A stretch of 63,303 bases of DNA, filler included, from Bigelowiella natans CCMP2755 (GCA_000320545.1; 3 parts of 3 records of this genome joined end to end with filler, not necessarily neighbours in it); one strand, 5' to 3'. Counted from the first letter of the whole stretch, positions 40,779 to 54,309 are shown. The notes: generated by a model from the letters alone, not told the origin. Translations and numbers: made by a program.

Positions 40779-43125
40779 ATGAAACCTAGGAGCGGCTCTC
40801 GCTTCCTGATTCTTCTGTTAGCCTTCAGTGTTAGCGTCGTTTATTACCAGGTGTTTAGAAACATAGTGGTATAGCTTGGGTGTTAGAAATTTCGCTCCCC
40901 ATCACCGTCAGGGAGTAGGGTACCCGCGGTCGACTCATTTTCTACCGTAAATACTTTTGGCGCCTCCATTCATCCGTCGATCGTATGACTACTGTATTCT
41001 CCACTCTGATACATTCTTCATGCCATCTTTGTTCAGCAATCTAGTTGGAGAGAAGCTAGAGCACGTAGTGATGGAAATTCAGCAGTTCTTTCCTCCCCCG
41101 TTGGAACCCGTCGCTACACACTACCGAGTAAAACTGCTACTGTAACCCGAAAGCTAATACATCAAAATGGCATCAGGGCAAGACAACAAAAATCTTGCAA
41201 CATCATTTCGCCTATTAGCCGCCAAACAATCGTCGAATCATCAAGTGGTAGCCAAATGGAGTTTCCGAAGTTACCCTCCGTTCCATCTGTTTCGTCTGAA
41301 GATCTCAGCACAGTTCCAGATCAGACGGTACTGTTAAGTCCAATTCAAAGTCTCGTTTATGACAATATTGTGTATGAATGAAGTGGGCTGTGACTAGAAG
41401 GGAATGTAGGCGTCATATTCATCTGCCAATGTTTGTGTGTCCAGGGAGTTTATGCAGTCCTTGACGAATCGCAGATAGTGAGATACATCGGAATAACCAG
41501 GAAGGTATCGACCAATCTTTACGTATTTCGAATTGCAAACGCATAATTGTGTGCCGGAGTAATGTTTTGAGTTGTTATCCTGGCTCAGGTGGCAAGCTGC
41601 GTCGAGTTACACCGCAGAGATGTATCGACTTTGACAAAGTTTATCAAGTTCCACATCACTGCACCGGTAATGAGAGCATACAGCGAAGGAATATTTTTGA
41701 GTTGGGAGAAAACCAAGACGTGCATCTATCTTGTAGCATCTGTCCTCAAATATGTGTGGTACTGCATCGTTCTCAGGACGCACCGAAAGAGGAACTGCAG
41801 AACTTATGGAAAGCTTGGATGCAGGATGCCATCGAGTTAACGGGTTGTCCTACCTATATACATATTTAAACCAAACTAGCAAAATATCTGTACACACACA
41901 CACACACACACACTCACACGCATGTAAACGCCAAAAGTACCCTTCTTATGATGATCTGTTAGGAGGCATACCCGACGGCAATATGAAGGGCAACACGATG
42001 TGGTCCCTCAAAAAAGAAGCATCGAAGTCTTCGAAGCCGGAACTAAGAATCACGTCTGGCAAGGGGCTTGAAGACCTGAGTGTTCCATTGGATCAAATCC
42101 TCAAAGGAGTAAGCGATTTCACAACGCAGCTATCACCTCTTCTGCAATTTGAATACCACCATAATCGTATGGTTTTCATTATAGGTTGTGGAGTCAAATA
42201 AAGTCGTAGCTTTCATCAAGGGCACACGCATGGAGCCTGCCTGTGGGTACGAATATGATTTGCCATAAATTGTCACATGGGAGTGTGTTAATCCTTTTGC
42301 AAACCAAATGCACACACGTATCTCTCTTTCAATCCTAGCCATCCTGTCAGTGCCAATTCCCAGCGTCTGATATGTAAATTATCAGATGCAAATATCTCAG
42401 CAATTGATTTCATATACGTTCATCGGAATGGATTCTGAGAACAGATCACTATCGTTGTTGTCATAACCGTTGTACAGGTTCTCTTACCAAGTAGTATCCG
42501 AGCTCACGAAGTTGGATGTTGATTTCGAAATTGTCAACGTCCTCGACGAGATGTACAACCCAGGTGGGGGAGAATATCAAGAAAGGGAAATACAAGTTCT
42601 TACTTAAATAACCATGATCATTGTAACGACTCAAACTTGTAGTCGTTATCGTTACTTTCGCTGCAATTGCCGTCATGTTTGATTGCTGAGTTTATTTTCC
42701 TTGTTGTATGTTATCGCTATTTTGCAGTTTCTTTGGAGTGCTGAGTATACTTTTTCTTCTCAGGCGTACGTGATGCCATCAAAGAGATGAGCGATTGGCC
42801 AACACTACCCCAGCTCTACGTGAAAGGGGAGTTCGTAGGAGGATGTGACATCGTCGCGGTATTTTAGCATTTTACGTTAGCTATAGTAGGATGTAGTACG
42901 TTAGGCGTAATGAAGCGTTGTCAGTTATGTCAATAGTGTATTCATTGTAATATTGTACGGTAGTTGCTGCGTCGTACGTGTAAAAGAATGTGCGTGTAAA
43001 TTGTGAGTGTTGATGTCCACAAGATTATTTGTCCTACCGTATCTGTGCATACGACATGCTCACGAATCTCTCATGACCAGGAAATGGCGGAAAATGGACA
43101 ACTGAAAGAGCTTGTTGAAAATTGA
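40779..43125 (+). CDS. GRXS16: GRXS16-like protein: bipartite leader + GIY-YIG-like domain + monothiol CGFS glutaredoxin
   Basis: Leader [24 protein letters not shown]; [20 protein letters not shown]; [14 protein letters not shown]; [18 protein letters not shown]; [40 protein letters not shown]; [14 protein letters not shown]. Confidence 0.9.
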
Positions 43126-43239
43126 GAATAGTGTAGTTAAATTCCGTGTTTAGCATTAGCTGCCACAATGCATCAAAAACAATTTGCTGAAATCAGACAT
43201 GAAAATTTATTTGAATAAAGTAATAATCCTGCCGTTCCC

Positions 43240-43720
43240 ATCAACCAGCGCTTGATGTTTGGCAGAGCTAGAGAGGACTGTTTGTTTTGAAACAAACCAC
43301 ACAACATGGTCTCATGTGTGTTCGATCATCTAGTCATGCCAAAATGATCAATGCATCAAATTTCGTGCAAGCGCTACAATCCAGCAGACATGCACACATA
43401 ACTACATTAGGATGACAATTGAAAAGATTTAATTTAATCACATCATCACATCTGTCTCATTAGCATAGCTAGATAGCGCAATCGAGCGAAACTCACGGTG
43501 CCCACATATTGTGTGGTGTGATGAGCTGCACAGCTAGACAGTGATGGTGATGACAAAGGCTACACAGCATGCAGTCGTGAAATGTATGCAAGCTGAGAGC
43601 CTTGACTTAATTCAACTGCCATGATGACATAAAATTTTGTTTGGTCACATGCAATGATTCGGTTTCGTGGCGTTGTCAGTGCATAATCGGGTGATGGTTT
43701 AATGTCCTGATACATGTTTC
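43240..43720. other. Partially TpA-depleted patch 3
   Basis: Excess of CA/TG with several CTAG survivors, between two convergent stop codons; weaker than the other patches. Confidence 0.55.
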
Positions 43721-43791
43721 CATGAATTATCATGTATTATCATTTTTGAAGTTCGAAGAATATTTTCGACAGAATGTTGGTGATGGTGTGT

Positions 43792-44363
43792 CTACATCTG
43801 ATACTCAAAGGCAATGCAGTTATACATGCTGTCCATCATCCAGGACCCGAAGAGTGTCATCCCTTCGAAAGTCTCCTCGCATGAACTATGAACGGCAGGA
43901 TTTTCTCCTACACCTTGCATAGGCTCAATGTAACTGTGTTCTGGCTTCGAGTAATAACAGCATGGGAACATGTCATTTCCAGGTCCTTCTGCAATTGCAA
44001 CTTCGGATGTCGATGTTGTCAGTTTAACCTGGGTCACATTCGCAGGTGCGAGAGTAGACGCGTTGTTGCAGTTGTGGCAATCGAACTGTTTCCAAATGTT
44101 CCCGGCTTGCGTCCAACCTTCCATCGAGTGCTCGATTGGGCCGAGACCATTTAATCGGCAGGTATTGAGGTGATACGAGGGAAAATCGTTGTTCGCATAC
44201 TGGACACACAGATACGTAGCAGTCTCTACCTGGATAGCCTCCACTCTGTAGTTAACAAGAGCCAGAGACAACACAAGCTAAGAGAAGAATTTGATTAAGA
44301 GAGGGCAATGTACCTCGAAGTGACGGTCAAGGCAAGGAGGAGGGCAAGGGAGATAGGCAACAT
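43792..44363 (-). CDS. Small secreted cysteine-rich protein (~165 aa, 2 exons), no recognised family
   Basis: Exon 1 MLPISLALLLALTVTS splices in phase (GT-AG) to RVEAIQVETATYLCVQY...YNCIAFEYQM*. Clear signal peptide and 8 Cys in the mature part. Confidence 0.75.
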
Positions 44364-44399
44364 GGGGCGTCGGTTGTAATTTGTTGCACATGAGTCGGC

Positions 44400-45600
44400 A
44401 AGATTTTTCTGGCAAATTCGCCCAATGTCATAATGTCATACATTTTACCAATTCATGGCACAAAGCTATTGTCGCAGGTAGACGAAGCAGGACATCCTCG
44501 CCTGCAAGAGACATGGAGCTTTGCCCAGTTTCACACTCACGACATTCCGAAGTCCGGAACTCGGAATGCGAAGCAGACATCCTTCCAATTCTACCCCTAC
44601 GACAACAGTTTCCCCTCAGACATCGTCCTGTTAGCACTGCGTTTCCTCTCAAATTTGAAAAATCCAAACTAACTTCGGAAGCGAAACGGTGCGGAGGGCA
44701 AAAAAGCATTTCTCGAGCCCTCAATTGTCCATTGTCCATTCTCCATTCTCCCTGGATTGAAGAGGACATGGATGAGTTAGCACATCCCATGATCCTTTGA
44801 GATTGGTCACATGTGCTAGCATGCATTCCCAGATTCATTGATTGGAATCATTGCTTCACCCATTCCTCCAGTCCTCCCGACACATTGTCAGGAATGTGAA
44901 CAGGAAGTCAAAAGATCCAGAGTGACACCAACGAAATTGAAAGTCCAATCATCAAGTGCAAATTCGATGAGAACGGATGAGTGCTCACAGAGAAATCACC
45001 ACGCTCATTGCTGAAATCGCGCCAACATCCACTCACCCCACCCATCCACCACGGACAGTTCTGGAGTTGCTAGCTTGCTCGCTCGTCAAGTGACAGACAC
45101 TCACACGCGATGCACATGGCGACAGCACAACGTCCAGACTTGCTCGCATCGGCTACTGCTTTGGCTGCTGTACGATTCGATCAAGCTAGTGACAAATGTG
45201 ATGCATCCACAATGCTAGAATGTGTGACGTGAGCACCACTGGACCATGACACCATGACACCTCTCATTGAAGACACATGAATGCATGAATGCACGTGCTA
45301 GCGTGGCTACTCCAGCCATCACTAGATCATGCACGCGGCAAATTAGCAACCCTCATTGCATGACAATGACCTAGATGTGACAGCTTCAACTCTGTTGACG
45401 TGCAAATCACGTGTGAAGCGCATGCGCATCGCATTGATAGATTCATGTGCACCATCCGTGCACGTGTACTGAACTGGTCCAGCGGCACGTGCGTGTGTCC
45501 GACATCATGTGACACATGTAAATGCTGTGCTGTTGCCACCCCTTTGTAATCTTTAAATTCCAATTGGTTCTACTTTTGCACATGCTAATGTAGCTCCCAT
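44400..45600. other. TpA-depleted, TpG/CpA-rich patch 4
   Basis: No TpA seen in 44821-45060; about 12 in 44701-45420, of which about 7 are CTAG. Confidence 0.85.
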
Positions 45601-45633
45601 CCTTCAACATCAATCCATTTCCTTCTGTTACTT

Positions 45634-48380
45634 TCATGCTGCACGGTCATTTATTGAAGGTCTTTTTGGAGTTCTTTGTGGATGGATTATGTTATGTAGA
45701 GCGTCTCTAAGCTGAGACTTCCTGCCACACATGAATTTGTAGTTGCGACCGCGATTACCCTCCTTCACTCTGATTGTAAACTCCGTGGCATCCCAGCTAA
45801 TGGCCATGCGTTCAATACTCGAGAGCAGGATCACTACCACGTTCATATCCATCCTCCAACTACCAATATTTGTGCTACCATTATGATTATCATGACCATG
45901 ATCTTTATCCAGTGACGAGATTTTGGCTTCAAAGCTCTGTAACTTCTCTATGTTTAGCGACTTGTAATCATGTGCGTAGTAGAGTTTCTTGTTGTGCACT
46001 GAGAGTAGTAAGAAAGGATTCAGTTTCTTTGAGATGACACATTTCATCGTAGGCATCATTGAGACACATACCACAATCACACACTTCTAAACAACACTAT
46101 TTAACACATAAGCGTGTGCAATCTGTATAGTGTTGCATGGGGATTGAAATAAAGGGGAAGATGACGTTCATAATTTAATTTTCACCCAACATTCTTACAT
46201 CGTAAGTAACGAGTCGAAGCCATTCCAAACCTGTTCTTCTTGTATACACGCTCTGTTTACATTACAATGGGGAATAGAGTACTTTGTGAACTTCAGTCAA
46301 GTTCCACCATGTCACAAAAGAGATGGTATCTGTCTTGACACCGCCAGATTTTTTGTAGAAATTTGCAAAATTTAGCGCTGAAAGCATAGGTGCTCTTGTC
46401 CATGCCAGCCATGCTGCTGAACAAAAGCTATCTATGTACTCGCTTTCAGACCAACCTATTTTATTTGATGATCTATCGATTACGACTTTCGATATAAATT
46501 CCCCTAAATCTATCCATCTGTTGTTATGATATTTAAATAAAATAATTTTGATATGTTATTCCGCTACTGTAACTGCACCTGGGCCGTGATCTCCATCGAT
46601 ATTCGCAGAAAGAAAGTCTTCTAATCTAATCTTACTGCCATCGTTTTCACTTTTGCTATCTTCAGCCAGCGGCACCCTTTGTGATTCCTCCTGCGTAGAC
46701 TCTCCTTCCACCTCCTTATCTTCTTCCTCGAGCTTCTGCTGTTTCTCCTCTTCACTCTCCTCTCGTTCTTCCCCAAAGTCTCCTTCTATTTTTTCCTTCT
46801 CCTCTTCCTTCTCCTCCTCGGTATTTTTGCCTCGATTCTGGTTTGAGGGTAATTTCGATTTTTCGGTGATGTAGACCGTTCCATAGGAGAGAGGCACCTT
46901 CCGCATCGATGCTGCTCCCTGAGCACCCACGCCGGTAGCTTCTACAACTCCTACACCGCACGGTGTGGCTACAGTGCGTTTTGTGACCTGAGTACTGGGA
47001 ATATAGGCTGATCCAAAGCTGAGAACAACCTTTAATATACCATTGCTTTTCTCCTCATCCTCCACGTATCCAATACCATATGGTGTCATCACTTCGGGCC
47101 TATACACCACATTCTCCTTCGGTGTAGTTTCCTTGTGCGAGACGTTGAGATCTATCGTATCCTTGACTTCCTGGTCTAGCATTCTATACTGTTCTTCCTC
47201 GTTTTCAATAATCGAGGCTCTCGATTCTTCCAATTTGTGTTGTTCCTGCTCATCATCTCCTTCTTCTTCACTTGTAGAGGTAGATATCTCAATTATATCC
47301 TCCTTCTGCATCTCACCAGACACATTTTTTCCATCATCCGACATAGCTACAACCTCTTCAGATGACCCAGTAATTTTAGTCTGTAAAAGTTAGGGAAAAG
47401 AATCAAAAGAAGAAGAGACACTTAAAACTCCATGAATGCAATCAAAGCATGGATTGAACAGCGTCTACCCTTAGCAGCAAGCATCCTATCATAGTTTATG
47501 TTGTTCTTGCGTTCTAAACCAATGCACACCGTAGAAAATGATGTTTTCGGAGCAATACGGGCATGCAGGGTACCTCGATCTGATTCGTAGAACAAGTAGA
47601 AGAGGCAGCAAGCGTAGTATCGAGGATGACAGTAGAACAGGCTTTGTCTGATTCAGCCTTCCCTTCCTTTTTCCCTTTCTCGCATCGCTCATCCACATTC
47701 ATATCTGTCTGGAAGTTCATCGTAAGTGCTTCTTTCTGCACCTTCGCTGCGGTATCAACATGGGTGGTAATATCTAGGCCTTTTCTTACACATTCATATT
47801 CCTGTTCTCCTTCTCGCACCTCTTCTACCTCATTCTTATTTTGTAGGTCTTCCGCTTTTACCACTCGTTCTTCCCTCACTTCTTTCGTCGCCTTGGATGC
47901 CTCATCTGTATTCTCCTGCACCTCATCAATTGAAGATCCCCCCAATCCCGCCTTCATATCCTCATTTAGATTCGCACGTTTGAAAGACTACCAAAGAAAT
48001 AAAGAATAAAGATCATTTGGGGTGATGCACACCTGTGCAGGACTATCAAAGCAACAAAGATTAACGATAAAAACTAGTATTACACCAACGCAACGATTTG
48101 AAATGGACCTTCAACTTATCTGAAGTAGAGGAAGATGGCGATTTTTCTACGAGGACTACAGTTGCGGCAGTTGTAGTTTTCTGATTCTCCTTTCCAGATT
48201 TTTTGTTCTCTTTAAGTGTTCCCTTCGTGGAGTTCCTTTTTTGCCACTGAAATAAAATTAATTTCATGAGGTCTGAACTTGGCTTGTGAGAAGAGAAGAA
48301 TATATGCAAACCTCCTCAAAGAAAAATTTACGCTGATATATCATCTTGCCCATGACATGGTTATCCCTCACTTTTTCCAT
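45634..48380 (-). CDS. Acidic/Glu-rich hypothetical protein with two VxTPxGxGxV repeats and a possible C-terminal PH-like domain
   Basis: Long ORFs 47957-47514, 47344-46556 and 46080-45634 on one strand with GT-AG junctions. Repeats VMTPYGIGYV..LSFGSAYI and VATPCGVGVV..LSYGTVYI. The start codon is inferred. Confidence 0.6.
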
Positions 48381-50641
48381 TTGAGCAGTTTTCCCCTGGA
48401 ATCGAAGAAAAGTCGAATCGTGATAATTTACAGGAACCCGACCAAAACTTTAAACTACAAGACGCAAAGTATTCACCCGAAAGGGAGTTCTGCATTCTCT
48501 AGGAATAAACATAGGTTCACAGTGAAGATTAAAAAGAAAGATCCCGATTTTGTAACTCCTCCTTTCTCGCATTTGTTTTGGTTCTTCGTCGTCAGACCTT
48601 GTTCATTCCGATCGATTTTTTGGAAGAGTTTGCGGGGGTGTGAAGGTCCAAAGGATACTCGGAAAGTCGGTTTTGAAGCCCTGTGTGCTGTCGCAGGAGA
48701 GCATCGCAGCCGAACTGCAGTGTACATGTGATGAGTCAGTCCATGTTACCACGCACGTGCATGGGTTGTTTGGAAGAAGAGGAGTGTTGGTGTTCCCACT
48801 TTTCGATAGACGCTGAGTTCATGACCGACTAATTCTCCATTGCGACAACGATGCGGGGTTGACTCCCATATGGCTTTTCGATTTTTTCCCAGGAAACTTT
48901 TGCTGTTTCGCGGGAGGGTTTATTTGTAGAATGGCCTGCAATGTGACCCTGCTGTCGGCTCTAGGGAAGTCGCATAGTGCATTTTTCACATGTAGATTTT
49001 GTCGAATATTAGTAAAGAAGTAGTACTTTTCCATGCCTTTTCCATGCAAATCCGCCTACCGAACTACCGGTATGCGATCCGAATTGCAGCCAGTCGGACA
49101 GATTTTCCCTCCGATTTTCTTCCAGTATGAGTTTCTTGTGGATGTCGTAGGGTATTTATCACCTTATTAAACGCTTCTATGATCCCCGATTGTGCACATC
49201 TGGGCGCGCCCACAACTACAGCGGCGACCGGAATTATTATTATTCCATTAATTTGGAGACGGGGGGTAATAAACGAGTGAGCTGCATAGAGAAGATAGAG
49301 CATCGAAGGTTCTATTTTTGGGAGACCAGGTTTTCGAAGCTCGAGGAAACGAGAAGAAGCTGTAGCCTGATGCTCGCAACCCAATCTGGTTTCTTAAGGG
49401 GATTAATCCTCTCCCTTGTTCTTTTCCCAGCAGGTTCGTTTTTCCATCAATGCACATTCCATTCCTCTCATTCGCTCATTCTGCGATCTAAATTGTTTTT
49501 ATGATCAAACAGCTGCCCAAAGCCCCGCAGCCATCTGTGAGGGAGCAAAGACCACAGAAGGGGCGTGTGGGATATTATGTGCTGAACTCTCCGCAATGAA
49601 AATCCTCCCTAATTTCAACGTGGTTACGTGCATGGCGAAGTGCAGTAATTCAGGACTGGGAGACCTGAGCACTGTATGTCGGGAAAGCCTCTGTGAATGG
49701 GGTCTCGAATCTACTGCTCTATCTCTTCTCAATCCCGAGGTTGAAATGAGGCTGCTGGAGGTAGGTCGTTGTCACACTTGACCTGGAATGGTGGTGTTAT
49801 TTCTGTCTTCTGTTGATATGATGAATATTTGCGCATCATTGTTTTGAGCCTCTAATTGGTCTCTTAACAGCGTTTGTGGTTACTCTGCAGGCCTATTTTA
49901 GTTCCACCCAAACACTTGCGGCCGTTGTCTTAACCACAAAATCCATACTGTCGCTGGGAGCAACAAAGTTAGTGCTAACAATGTATATGAGTGATAAATT
50001 TAAATTTGTGAATGACACCCCCCACTTTGTGCAAACATTTATGGCTTGTAAATCGTGAAGGGGGTCGAAAGGGTGGGGTGCTTTCTCTTACCTGGGCGGC
50101 CACCTGAAGGTGTTTAGTTCCACACAATAAATAAATCTGCGATATGCCATTGTCTCATCATTTTCGCGTCGACGCCGCAACGCAAAGACGAAACGAATTC
50201 ACAGGCGTAGGAAGTTTGTTCATAGAATCTCTCCTCCCCCCTCAATCGCATTGCATTGTATCCATGATATATCTCGATTCGTCATCCATGAAGAATAATT
50301 TACGTTCCTCCCTGCATTCATTTTAGAACACCCTCCTGATACTCCTTTGCCTCTACTGAAACCTTGTTTTTTCTTCCTTTCCACCGCCGAAAACACGATG
50401 CTTATGATGATGATAATGATGATGATTTTGGTAGAATTACGGCTCGTACGACGGCTGTAACGCGATTGGTGGCGCTCATTACTGCTCGACAAAGATCTCC
50501 GTAGCCAACAACATTGGGTATTTACTTTATCAGTAGCACTACTACTACTACTACTAGTAGTAGTAGTAGTAGTAGACATTGACCACCATCGTGTTTCGAC
50601 ACTCTTCACGAGAAAGCTCGTCATCTCAATTAAGATGGATA

Positions 50642-50741
50642 NNNNNNNNNNNNNNNNNNNNNNNNNNNNNNNNNNNNNNNNNNNNTTAATTAATTAANNN
50701 NNNNNNNNNNNNNNNNNNNNNNNNNNNNNNNNNNNNNNNNN
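50642..50741. other. Artificial scaffold linker
   Basis: 44 N + TTAATTAATTAA + 44 N, identical in design to the first linker. Confidence 0.98.
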
Positions 50742-50803
50742 GAGAATGCTAATTCTATTGAATCTGAGAGTCACATCGAAGATTTCTATTCTTTTGAAGC
50801 CAC

Positions 50804-51292
50804 CTTATCCTTGATCAAATCCGCTTTGTTTCCCACGATTAGCTTCGCTGTATCCTCACTCGCATACTTGTTTACTTGCCTGAAGATGATGGTCAGAAGC
50901 AATTGTAAGCATATTACTTGTGACTAGTAGTCCCTTCTTATCATCATCACAGACATCATTCCCAGCGCAACTGTGGGAAACTTAAAGCACCACAAGCGAT
51001 ATTTCATATGATCCCCTCAGTCCTCCGTAAATTGTGTCGACATAATGCCATATTTCCCAAGCTCAGCACCTCCTTCCCCCCCCCCCCCCTCCCCACGTAC
51101 TCGAGCCAGTCCTCAAAATGTTTTAACGATTCGTCACTCGTGAAGTCATAAACCAAGATCACTCCGTCCGCCCCGCGATAGTATGCGCTGGTAATGGTTC
51201 TGTCGATAGCAAGAAGTAGCATACCATCACAGTGATTCCATCATATATCCTCCCACACGTTAACGCGATGACTCTCTCCCCCCCATCCCCCC

Positions 51293-51334
<42 letters not shown>

Positions 51335-51971
51335 GTGCAAGACTAATGGATGTCTACCACTAATGCCAATGGGAATTTACTATGGAATGTACGCTATCAC
51401 TTTCTTATGAGCAATCTCTCATCTAAAAGTACGAAAGAGGGATAAATGAGAAAAAAATGAAGAAAAGTGCACCTAAACCGTTCTTGGCCTGCTGTATCCC
51501 ACTGAGAAATAATACCACGTCAAAGACGAGTAAAGAAGACGACAACATAGGAAGCAAAGTGAACACGTGAATACACAACTTTGAGAAATTATGTGGAGTC
51601 GCTGCACATGAACACACACGGTTTCTTATGTTTCTACACATCATCATCAACACATGGAACAAGGACACTGGCTTCCATCTTCACATAATCATCGCCATCA
51701 CTCACTACTATCATGTCATCCCCATCCACATAATGTCTCTGCAGGGATCATCTTGCAAATTTTTCCGCTATCGTTAATATATTACGATTTGCAGCTTCAC
51801 GATTTTCTGCTTAATGTTGAGGGTTCGAAATCGGAAGTCCACTCCTATAGTCGAGATGTAGTTTGTGCTGAAGTTGTCTTCAGTGAATCGGAGCAACAGC
51901 GATGACTTCCCGACCCCCGCGTCTCCAATAATGACGAGCTTAAACAAGTGATCCGGCTGGGGATTTGCCAT
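50804..51971 (-). CDS. RAB1: Rab1/Ypt1-family small GTPase; interrupted by gap
   Basis: [50 protein letters not shown] and IVGNKADL. The C-terminus probably continues at or below 50641. Confidence 0.9.
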
Positions 51972-52135
51972 TGTGGAAGAATGATACTGGGGACTACTAT
52001 TGTTCTTTTTAGGTATTGTATCTTAATTAGCTTTAGTCCCAAGATCGATCGATCCAAAGGATTTATGTGGGAAAGATCACATGATTCATGAATTCCTAAG
52101 TCGAATTTCTTCACTATCGATGCAATGGAAAATGT

Positions 52136-52177
<42 letters not shown>

Positions 52178-53026
52178 AAACATTCATGATGGAATTGTGA
52201 TAAATCGACAAAATCAAACCTCGCAGGAAAATTAATTTTCTACGAAACTGTAACTAACAATATAGCGATGAATCTTATCCAAATATATGGATGTTTCTAA
52301 CTTGAACGCTTGCTACTAACTGTTTCTCTCTTTTGCAAACCCTGGAGGGAGATACCTGGGGAGGAAGGGTGGGGGATTCAGACAGATTCTGTCGCTCATG
52401 CTATGTTTGCTAGTTTAAAAATAGGATACTACTATATCTATACGACAAACTTTATTTGTTGTCGTATTCTTGAAATAGGAATTATCAGAGCTGCGCTGCC
52501 ACTGTTGTTTGACGATATAGAAGTTGAAATGCTATCGTGCTGGCTATCAAAGCTCGAAAAATACATTTAGAAGGAAAGTCCTACCTTGCGACATCAATAA
52601 TGTCCCAGAATATTTTATCTCAGCAACGTGAAGCATTTCGGGTTTTCGAACCATTGGCAAACCGGGAACACAACCAACTGATCTGCGCAAATTGGAACAA
52701 AATCGAGCTCTGGGGCCTCGCAAACGACGAAAACGTGATGGTTCTGCAGAGTTTGAACGCAGGGCGAAGACTTGAGTTATATCTTACGCTTACAGAGAAT
52801 GGCAGGTGATTTTAAGGCATTTAAGCGATCTCGAAGCGGCCCTCAAGCAAAAAACGACATGAATTCGTCAATATTAGAAATGGTTTGGAAAGGCCGAAAA
52901 GTTCATTTCAAATGATATATTCTTCTCGGCAATAGCAGCAATGGAACCTGCCACTGCCCCAAGACCCGAGCGCGGACTGACGGAATGAAGCTGCTTTCCT
53001 GAAAAATTTGGACGACCTATCCAGCC

Positions 53027-53686
53027 ATGGAATTTGACAGCAAACTAGGCCCAAATGACCAGAACAGTGGTTCTGGAGCCTCTGATACCTTCACAACAGA
53101 GTTCCTGGTGCGTGCTCTAAATTTTCGAACGAGCACATGTTTTTCCCGTCCTGGGCGTCACATTTATCTACCCCGTTGACTTGGCATCTTTTGTGTTGTT
53201 AATATACTGGCCTATTTTTTATCGTTTGTTTGTTCTCTGCCTATTAGGATGAAGGATTCGGCGATAGAGTTGACCGCGTCTCTCAGTCTCTTTACCAGAG
53301 CAGATACAAGCACACACAGTGTCCCATCGTCATTGATTGTGGAGCGTATCAGACTCGTGCTGGCTTCGCGATAGATCCCAAGCCACGAATTCAAATTCGC
53401 TCCCTCGTTGTGCGAAATGCAAAAGCTCTAGCAAGCAGCAGCACCAGTAGCGCCATCAAGTCAAACACGCTGGTTGGGGACCAGATCCCATACGCGGAGG
53501 CCTATCGACTCCGGCCACGCTCGCCTTTCGAGCGCAACGTCGTTTGCCAGTTCCGAACTATCTAATACAACAATAATTACAGAAACATAGAGAAAACGAG
53601 TTGCGCTAGTTACCGTTGTCAGCACGAAATCAGAATAAGAAGATACCGCGGCTTGAAAAGAGAGCAGTTCACAATAACCATGCACA

Positions 53687-53759
<73 letters not shown>

Positions 53760-54309
53760 GTATGCACACATAGACACGTATAAAATTTCAGGTCGGCTTG
53801 CATCCTCACTGTTATGAATAAGATATTTACATATATTTTTGTTTTCAGTTTCGAGGTGATGGAGCTCCTCCTCGACTACGTCTTCACGTCTCTCGGATTG
53901 GGAGGGAGCGATCGCGTCAACCACCCGATAATGTTTACAGAAGCCGTTTGCAATCCAAATTACAGTCGCTCCCGACTCTCACAGCTTCTCCTTCGATGCT
54001 ACGGGGTTCCTGCTGTGTGCTATGGCGTCGGAGACTTGTTCGCGTACGCCGATCATCATGATCAAAGCCGGCATCGCGGGAAATCGGCCGCCGAAAGCAA
54101 CGGCGACTTGAAGGAAGGAGATGGCATTGGGGTTCTCTCACTTCCACCCCTCGCAGATGGGATGATTGTGAGCTCGGGGTATGAGGTGACTCATGTCATC
54201 CCAGTTCTGGACGGGAAGCCTGACTTCCTGTCTGCGGCCTGTGTTCCCGTGGGCGGGCTACATGCACACAGGCTTCTCTTCGACTCGCTACTGCTTAAGT
54301 CAGATCAGA

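Noticed and set aside
28346-43125. Functional clustering of Cu-ATPase, glutaredoxin and ABCG as a metal-handling system
   Set aside because: The genes are interspersed with unrelated housekeeping genes and split by a gap; no evidence of co-regulation.
48800-50160. Possible additional minus-strand gene
   Set aside because: Some splice-like sites and short ORFs, but no consistent exon chain or recognisable motif could be built.
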